DNA from: Hyphomicrobiales bacterium
GTDB taxonomy: Bacteria > Pseudomonadota > Alphaproteobacteria > Rhizobiales > Rhizobiaceae
NCBI GenBank assembly: GCA_017305925.1
Contig: JAFKJW010000109.1
Coordinates: 1 to 21,259, forward strand
Length of the DNA stretch: 21,259 bases
Direction of reading: 5' to 3'
Under the pieces are notes generated by a model. That model was not told the origin of the DNA. It was given only the letters and a program-made list of their open reading frames with translations, and ran no database searches. Positions 16,679 to 21,259 of this stretch are shown here, one piece after another (position 1 is the first letter of the stretch; each line of letters opens with the position of its first letter). The position numbers and the translations under genes were made by a program.

Positions 16679-17821
16679 ATGGGCATTCTGGACGCGATTT
16701 TGGGCCGCAAGCGGGTCCTGGTGAAGGAAAACGAGCGCGCGATCGCCCTGCACAAGGGCAAGCTGCTCGGCATCTATGGGCCGGGCGAGCACAGCCTGCC
16801 CAACGCGCATGGCAGCCTGGAGATCCAGATGCACGATCTCGGTTCCGGCGTCTTCGCCTCGCCGCTGGAGAAGGTCCTGTTCGACCGGCTGCCGGATGCG
16901 GCCGCCCGTCACCTGACCGTCTTCCGCACCGGCCGCGACGAGGTCGCCGTCATCGAGCGCGACGGGCAGGTCAACGCCGTCCTGGCGCCCGACCGCAGGA
17001 TGACGGTCTGGACCGACGCCGGCCCGTGGAGCCAGACCGTGATCGACGTGTCGGCGTCGCCGCATGTCGATCCCGATCTGCGCCGCCGCGTGGTCGCGGC
17101 GTCGCGGGCGAGCCTGATCGTCGCGGCGACCGTCGTCGACGGCAGCGTCGGCCTTCTCCATGTCGACGGTGTCGTCGTGGAGACGCTGCGGCCGGGCTCC
17201 TACGGCTTCTGGAACCTCGGCCGGCAGATCGCGGTGAAGATGGTCGACCTGAAGCGGCAGGCGCTGGACGTCGCCGGCCAGGAGGTGCTGACCCGCGACC
17301 GGGTGACGATCCGCATCAACCTGACGGCGGAGTACCGCGTGGCCGACCCGGTTCTTGCTGTCTCGGCGGTGAAGGATTTTGCCGACAGCCTCTACCGGGC
17401 GCTGCAATTCGCCTTCCGCAAGACGCTGGGCGCCATGACGCTCGACCAGATCCTCGAGAAGAAGGTGACGGTCGACGCGGAAGCGGCTGAAAAGATTCGC
17501 GCCGACATGGCCGCGATCGGGTTGGAGGTCTTCGACATCGCGCTGAAGGACGTGATCCTGCCGGGCGAGATGCGCGAGATCCTGAACCAGGTGGTGGCGG
17601 CCGAGAAGGAGGCCGAGGCCAACGTCATCCGCCGCCGCGAAGAGACGAACGCGACGCGTTCGCTGCTCAACACGGCGAAGGTGATGGCCGAGAACCCGGT
17701 GATGCTGCGCCTGAAGGAGCTGGAGGCGCTGGAGACGATCGCCGGCAAGGTGGACCGCCTGACGATCCACAACGGCACCGGCGGCCTGATGAACGACCTC
17801 GTCAGGCTGCGCGACGAATGA
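16679..17821 (+). CDS. Cytoplasmic SPFH/band-7 (slipin-like) domain protein with a ~190-aa N-terminal domain of unknown function and no transmembrane anchor
   Basis: 380 aa from the ATG at 16679 (RBS ggag). The C-terminal half, 'DVAGQEVLTRDRVTIRINLTAEYRVADP...LDQIL...IGLEVFDIALKDVILPGEMREILNQVVAAEKEAEANVIRRREE', is a typical SPFH domain plus coiled-coil. The longer ORF in the track (from 16133) runs through the tRNA genes and is rejected. Confidence 0.8.
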   Translation: MGILDAILGRKRVLVKENERAIALHKGKLLGIYGPGEHSLPNAHGSLEIQMHDLGSGVFASPLEKVLFDRLPDAAARHLTVFRTGRDEVAVIERDGQVNAVLAPDRRMTVWTDAGPWSQTVIDVSASPHVDPDLRRRVVAASRASLIVAATVVDGSVGLLHVDGVVVETLRPGSYGFWNLGRQIAVKMVDLKRQALDVAGQEVLTRDRVTIRINLTAEYRVADPVLAVSAVKDFADSLYRALQFAFRKTLGAMTLDQILEKKVTVDAEAAEKIRADMAAIGLEVFDIALKDVILPGEMREILNQVVAAEKEAEANVIRRREETNATRSLLNTAKVMAENPVMLRLKELEALETIAGKVDRLTIHNGTGGLMNDLVRLRDE

Positions 17822-17839
17822 GCAGGCGGGCCGCCCTTG

Positions 17840-18217
17840 TCAGGCGGCCCGCTTCGGCGGCCCGATCAACAGGTCCGCAGGCAGGCCCCAGATCTTGCTG
17901 ATCCGATAGATCATGCCGACGGAGAGCGGACGTTTCCCGCCGAGGATCTCCGAGGCGCGGGAGCGCGCGCCGAGAAGCCGGGCGAGATCGGCTTGCCCTC
18001 TCCCGGTCTCCTGCATGAAAGCCTTCAGCGCCTCGACCGGCTCCATTTCGGGCATCGGATAATGCCGGTTCTCGAAAACTTCGATCAGATCGGAAAGGAC
18101 ATCGAAGCGATCGGCTTCCGCAGAGCCCGCCGCGGGTGGGCTGTCGAAATAGGCCGCCACTTCGGCCAGAGCCCATTCGTAGTCCTTGATGGTCCTTATC
18201 GGGCGAATATCCATCAC
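17840..18217 (-). CDS. higA: HigA-family antitoxin (two-domain XRE-type HTH transcriptional regulator)
   Basis: 125 aa. 'MMDIRPIRTIKDYEWALAEV..YFD' N-domain and C-terminal HTH 'GRGQADLARLLGARSRASEILGGKRPLSVGMIYRISKIWGLPADLLI'. Its start overlaps the higB stop (ATGA). Confidence 0.82.
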   Translation of the reverse strand: MMDIRPIRTIKDYEWALAEVAAYFDSPPAAGSAEADRFDVLSDLIEVFENRHYPMPEMEPVEALKAFMQETGRGQADLARLLGARSRASEILGGKRPLSVGMIYRISKIWGLPADLLIGPPKRAA

Positions 18218-18510
18218 ACGGTCTCCGGATCGATCCGATCATATTCCTTGTGCGTCCCGACGAATTTGATGAGCACGCGCCTGTAGGCATATGCGACATG
18301 CACGACCAGCCGGAACTTATTGCCGCCGACATCGAAGATGAGCCGATTGTCTCCGACGAAATCGACGGTCGGGCCGAACATCGCCTTCACATCGGACGGG
18401 CCTCGCCAATCCGCCTTGCCGACACGCGAGAACCATAGAACGAGCGGAGTCTGCGCTTCGGGATGGCTCTCCCAAAAGATCTTCAGTGTCCGGCGCGCTA
18501 TGATCTGCAC
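18214..18510 (-). CDS. higB: HigB-family type II toxin (RelE/ParE-superfamily mRNA interferase); GTG start
   Basis: 98 aa. 'RRTLKIFWESHPEAQTPLVLWF', 'KADWRGPSDVKAMFGPTVDFVGDNRLIFDVGGNKFRLVVHVAYAYRRVLIKFVGTHKEYDRID' is colinear with HigB toxins. Toxin-first order with a 4-nt overlap is the classic hig arrangement. Confidence 0.82.
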   Translation of the reverse strand: MQIIARRTLKIFWESHPEAQTPLVLWFSRVGKADWRGPSDVKAMFGPTVDFVGDNRLIFDVGGNKFRLVVHVAYAYRRVLIKFVGTHKEYDRIDPETV

Positions 18511-18515
18511 CGCGT

Positions 18516-18545
18516 TTCATAGCATGTTACCGGAGTGGTAACAAC
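18516..18545 (-). promoter_or_regulatory. higBA promoter with embedded operator: -35 TTGTTA (rc 18540-18545), 18-nt spacer, -10 TATGAA (rc 18516-18521). Perfect inverted repeat GTTACC-N5-GGTAAC (18526-18542) in the spacer.
   Basis: Read on the minus strand: 'gcccgTTGTTAccactccggtaacatgcTATGAAacgcgGTG'. The palindrome overlapping the core promoter is the usual autoregulatory architecture for HigA operators. Confidence 0.5.
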
Positions 18546-18549
18546 GGGC

Positions 18550-19104
18550 TCAGCTCTTCCCCCGCCTCAGATGCTCGTCGAGCCGCGGCATGATCTCCAC
18601 GAAGTTGCAGGGCATGTGGCGATAGTCGAGTTGCGCCTTCAGGATGCCGTCCCAGGCGTCCTTGCAGGCGCCGGGGGAGCCCGGCAGCACGAAGACGAAG
18701 GTGGCGTTGACGACGCCGCCGGTGGCGCGGCTCTGCACGGTCGAGGTGCCGATCTTGTCGTAGGAGATGCGGTGGAAAACTTCCGAAAAACCGTCCATGC
18801 GCTTCTCGAAGACCGGCTCCAGCGCCTCCGGCGTGACGTCGCGGCCGGTGAAGCCGGTTCCGCCGGTCGTGATGACGACGTCGATGCCGGGATCCTTCGA
18901 CCAGCCGAGCACCTTGTCGCGGATCTTCTCCTCGTCGTCCGTGACGATGTCGCGAGCGGCGAGCACATGGCCCGTTTCCAAGATGCGGCCGGCGAGCGTG
19001 TCGCCGGACTTGTCGTCTGCGGCGGTACGGGTGTCGGAGACCGTGAGCACGGCGATCCGCACCGGAATGAACGGCCGCGCCGCGCCGGAAGAGCCTGTGC
19101 TCAT
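18550..19104 (-). CDS. moaB: Molybdenum cofactor biosynthesis protein MoaB/MogA family
   Basis: 184 aa from the Met at 19104 (MSTGSSGAARPFIPVRIAVLTVSD...). 'VVITTGGTGFTGRDVTPEA', 'ATFVFVLPGSPGA' MoCF-biosynthesis-domain motifs. The ORF in the track extends further upstream in-frame over ispE and is rejected. Confidence 0.85.
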   Translation of the reverse strand: MSTGSSGAARPFIPVRIAVLTVSDTRTAADDKSGDTLAGRILETGHVLAARDIVTDDEEKIRDKVLGWSKDPGIDVVITTGGTGFTGRDVTPEALEPVFEKRMDGFSEVFHRISYDKIGTSTVQSRATGGVVNATFVFVLPGSPGACKDAWDGILKAQLDYRHMPCNFVEIMPRLDEHLRRGKS

Positions 19105-19973
19105 TGTGCCACCGTTGCCTTGACGAACCATTCGGGCCGCCGGCGCGATAGCCCGCGCGCGGCTTCCTCGGCGAGGAGGAGAGACGGGAAGATACCGAAG
19201 CAGGTCGCGCCCGAGCCGGACATGCGCGCAAAGCGCGCGCCCGCTTCGCCGAGCTCGGCCAGCACGGCCGTGATGTCCGGCGCCAGTCCGGCCGCCGCCT
19301 GCTGGAGGTCGTTGCGGGTCTCTTCCAGCCGGGCGAGCAGGCCGGGCAGCGGAAGCGAGTCCGGCAGGTCGGGTAAAGGCGGGTTGTCGCGCCGCTCGAG
19401 CGCGCCGAAGACATGCGCGGTCGAGACCGCGGGCCCCGGATTGACGAGGATCATCGGCAGGGGCGGCAGCGGGCCGACCGGCACGAGCCGCTCTCCGACG
19501 CCCTCGGCCCTGAGCGCGCGGCCTTCCAGGCACATCGGCACGTCGGCGCCGAGCGCAAGCGCGATTTCATGGAGGCGCGAGGCGGGAACGTCGGGCGCCC
19601 AGAGCGCCGTCAGTTCCTTCAGCGCGGTCGCCGCGTCGCTTGATCCGCCGCCGACGCCGGAGGCCACCGGCAGGTTCTTTTCGAGCCTGATCCGGACCGC
19701 CGGCGTGTCGCGGGAGCCGAGGAAGGCGCGCAGCCGATCGCGGGCGGCGATCACCAGATTGTCGTCGCTGATCGGGACATGGGCGGCGAAAGGGCCTGTG
19801 ACGATCAATTCGTCCTCCTCGGAGGGCTCGACCGCCAGCAAGTCGCCGAAGGAGCAGAAGCCCACCAGGCTTTGCAGGAGATGATAGCCGTCGTCGCGCC
19901 GCCCGGTGACATGCAGCGCGAGATTGACCTTGGCCGGCGCCAGCCGGAATGTCGGACGGATCCGCTGATCCAT
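19101..19973 (-). CDS. ispE: 4-diphosphocytidyl-2-C-methyl-D-erythritol kinase
   Basis: 290 aa. 'APAKVNLALHVTGRRDDGYHLLQSL', 'LPVASGVGGGSSDAAT' (GHMP kinase ATP motif). Its stop overlaps the moaB start (ATGA). Confidence 0.9.
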   Translation of the reverse strand: MDQRIRPTFRLAPAKVNLALHVTGRRDDGYHLLQSLVGFCSFGDLLAVEPSEEDELIVTGPFAAHVPISDDNLVIAARDRLRAFLGSRDTPAVRIRLEKNLPVASGVGGGSSDAATALKELTALWAPDVPASRLHEIALALGADVPMCLEGRALRAEGVGERLVPVGPLPPLPMILVNPGPAVSTAHVFGALERRDNPPLPDLPDSLPLPGLLARLEETRNDLQQAAAGLAPDITAVLAELGEAGARFARMSGSGATCFGIFPSLLLAEEAARGLSRRRPEWFVKATVAQ

Positions 19974-19985
19974 GAAGGCCGGACG

Positions 19986-20171
19986 TCAGTCCTTGGCGAG
20001 GTGGTATTCGCCGGTCTCCGGATCCTTGACCAGCGTTCCGCTCGAGCCGGTGCGTGCCTGCCGCTCGTGGCGGCGGATTTTGGCGGTCACGCGCTCGGCC
20101 TCGCGCACGAAGGTGCGGTATCCGAAATAGGCGGCGGCTCCGACCGCCGCAAAGAAGATGAGCTGCGGCAT
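19986..20171 (-). CDS. Small single-pass membrane protein (61 aa) between sppA and ispE
   Basis: 'MPQLIFFAAVGAAAYFGYRTFVREAERVTAKIRRHERQARTGSSGTLVKDPETGEYHLAKD': N-terminal TM helix, basic middle, acidic tail. RBS GGGGAG 8 nt upstream of the ATG at 20171. The longer ORF in the track (to 20348) has no better start. Confidence 0.45.
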   Translation of the reverse strand: MPQLIFFAAVGAAAYFGYRTFVREAERVTAKIRRHERQARTGSSGTLVKDPETGEYHLAKD

Positions 20172-20251
20172 TGCGTTCTCCCCTGGACTTGCCGGCATTC
20201 CGGCCCTGTCGGGTTTGGTCGGTTCCGACCCTAAACCGTTTCCCGGATTTC

Positions 20252-21070
20252 TCAAAGGCCGAAGCGGCCCCAGAGCGCGCGTTCCTCCAGGGCGGCGATC
20301 AGGCCGGAAGCCGCCGCGCCCCCGAACTCGCCCGCATCGGCCTCCCACCGCGACCCGAACATGCCGCGCCCCAGGCCGAAGAGGCCGCGCGGCGCGGAGA
20401 TCAGCTTCGCCTTCGTCTTCGGTCCGAAACGCGCCTTAAGAACGCTGCGCATGTCGCCCAGCCCGTCGATCAGGCCGAGCTCGACGCCGCGCTTGCCGGT
20501 CCAGAAGAGGCCGGTGAAAAGGTCGCCGTCGTCCTTCAGCTTCGCCCCGCGGCGCTCCTTCACGAGGTCGATGAACGTGTCGTGGACTTCGAGCTGAAGC
20601 GCCTTCAGCCGCTCGACGTCCTCCTTCCGCTCCGGCCGGAAGGGATCGAGCACCGCCTTGTTCCTGCCGGCGGTATGGACGCGCCGTTCCACGCCGATGG
20701 AGCCGACGATGGAGGAGGGATCCGCGAAAATCTCGTCGCCGGCCAGCGCGATCATGTAGCCGCCGGAGGCCGCGACATCCTCGACAAAAACGAGAACCGT
20801 CCGATTCTTTTCCTCCGCCAGGTCGCGTATGCGCTTGAAAATCAAGCGGGACTGAACCGGCGAGCCGCCGGGCGAATTGATCAGGACGGCAACTGCCGGA
20901 GCGTCGATCGAAAAGGCCTTTTCGAGCACGCCCGCCACCGAGGCCAGCGACAGGGTGCGGCGCAACTGGCCGCCGCCGCTCATGATCGTGCCCGACAGCC
21001 GCACGACCGGAATGGTCGTGGCATCGCTTCTGAGCGCTTTGGGCAGCAGACGACGCAGGAAGCGCTTCAA
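20252..21070 (-). CDS. sppA: S49-family serine peptidase (signal peptide peptidase SppA, short 36K type). Start uncertain: likely TTG at ~21070 with a GGAG RBS. The ORF in the track runs to 21214.
   Basis: 'AVAVLINSPGGSPVQSRLIFKRIRDL', 'VFVEDVAASGGYMIALAGDEIFADPSSIVGSIGV' (catalytic Ser in GSIG... and the ClpP/crotonase-fold S49 signature), 'DTFIDLVKERRG'. Confidence 0.85.
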   Translation of the reverse strand: MKRFLRRLLPKALRSDATTIPVVRLSGTIMSGGGQLRRTLSLASVAGVLEKAFSIDAPAVAVLINSPGGSPVQSRLIFKRIRDLAEEKNRTVLVFVEDVAASGGYMIALAGDEIFADPSSIVGSIGVERRVHTAGRNKAVLDPFRPERKEDVERLKALQLEVHDTFIDLVKERRGAKLKDDGDLFTGLFWTGKRGVELGLIDGLGDMRSVLKARFGPKTKAKLISAPRGLFGLGRGMFGSRWEADAGEFGGAAASGLIAALEERALWGRFGL

Positions 21071-21140
21071 GGGTGGTGGTCTCCGTGTTCTCGCCGGCTG
21101 ATGTAGGCGTTTCGCCGGGCTGTGCAATGGGATCGGCGAC

Positions 21141-21259
21141 TCAGTCGCCGAAAAGCGAAGCGCGTCCGTTGTTGATGGCGTCCGCCCGGGGGCTGAAGCG
21201 GTCTTCCTCGCCATGCAGGACGAGCGGCGGGAAGAGCGTCAGCCCGGCCCGCGCGCCGC
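21141..21259 (-). CDS. 3' end of a CDS running off the right edge; the C-terminus resembles alpha/beta-hydrolase family ends ('...PPLVLHGEEDRFSPRADAINNGRASLFGD*')
   Basis: Open frame on the minus strand ending at TGA (rc of 21141-21143). 'LVLHGEEDRF' resembles the conserved 'L.IHG..D..VP' strand-helix before the catalytic His of many alpha/beta hydrolases. Confidence 0.35.
   Translation of the reverse strand, partial: GARAGLTLFPPLVLHGEEDRFSPRADAINNGRASLFGD

Noticed and set aside
16370-17770. 466-aa minus-strand ORF
   Set aside because: Antisense to the SPFH gene; junk composition.
16133-17821. 562-aa ORF version of the SPFH gene
   Set aside because: Its first ~180 codons run through both tRNA-like genes and the GC-rich spacer and read as Arg/Pro-rich junk. 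The ATG at 16679 with a GGAG RBS gives the credible product.
18550-19533. 327-aa ORF extending moaB upstream
   Set aside because: The upstream 143 codons overlap ispE in another frame and are Arg/Ala/Pro-rich. MoaB-family proteins are ~170-190 aa, and Met19104 gives 184 aa with ATGA coupling to ispE.
18527-19884. ORFs 18527-19414 (minus) and 18535-19884 (plus)
   Set aside because: Alternate-frame or antisense readings across moaB/ispE.
20171-21106. 311-aa plus-strand ORF
   Set aside because: Antisense to sppA (clear S49 peptidase motifs on the minus strand).
21100-21160. Possible terminator hairpin 'tcggcgactcagtcgccga' between sppA upstream region and the partial right-edge gene
   Set aside because: 8-bp stem, but no T-run on the strand where it would follow a stop (the minus strand has the T-rich tract before, not after, the stem). 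It may just be the RBS/leader region of sppA.
1-21259. CRISPR arrays, transposases, integrases, phage structural genes
   Set aside because: No short regularly spaced direct repeats were seen. The only multi-copy sequence is the two-copy MITE-like element. No ORF shows DDE transposase, tyrosine/serine recombinase or phage-like features.

Overview
High-GC (about 65%) alphaproteobacterial chromosomal segment, Rhizobiales-like, mostly dense housekeeping genes. Left to right, with coordinates including stop codons as in the ORF track: a 5'-open Pro/Ala-rich hypothetical CDS; an ArsC/Spx-family (YffB-like) gene; a M29 aminopeptidase (AmpS/aminopeptidase T) gene interrupted by an in-frame TAA; bacA/sbmA; an NnrU-like membrane protein; a YfgM-like TPR membrane protein whose frame has no stop before it runs into der; der (engA); a SleB-type cell-wall hydrolase; the F0 ATP synthase operon atpI-atpB-atpE-atpF'-atpF with a good sigma70-type promoter and an intrinsic terminator; rnhB; a PA0069/SplB-type radical SAM gene; a short GT2-like gene; minCDE with a CtrA-box-like motif upstream; two tandem tRNA-like genes (Lys-UUU-like and Ile-GAU-like), each with one structural defect; a cytoplasmic SPFH/band-7 protein; a higBA toxin-antitoxin pair of visibly lower GC with a promoter/operator palindrome; and a moaB-ispE-small membrane protein-sppA cluster on the minus strand, plus a partial alpha/beta-hydrolase-like 3' end at the right edge. 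Two copies of a roughly 215-225 bp MITE-like palindromic element (RIME/REP-like) sit in opposite orientation, each at a convergent gene junction. They explain the spurious 'MAENGDNLMRASLEG...' ORFs in the track. No CRISPR array, transposase or integrase was seen. The most unusual loci are the defective tandem tRNA pair with the adjacent SPFH-higBA islet, the MITE pair, and two probable gene lesions (ampS nonsense codon; missing stop at the TPR/der junction).
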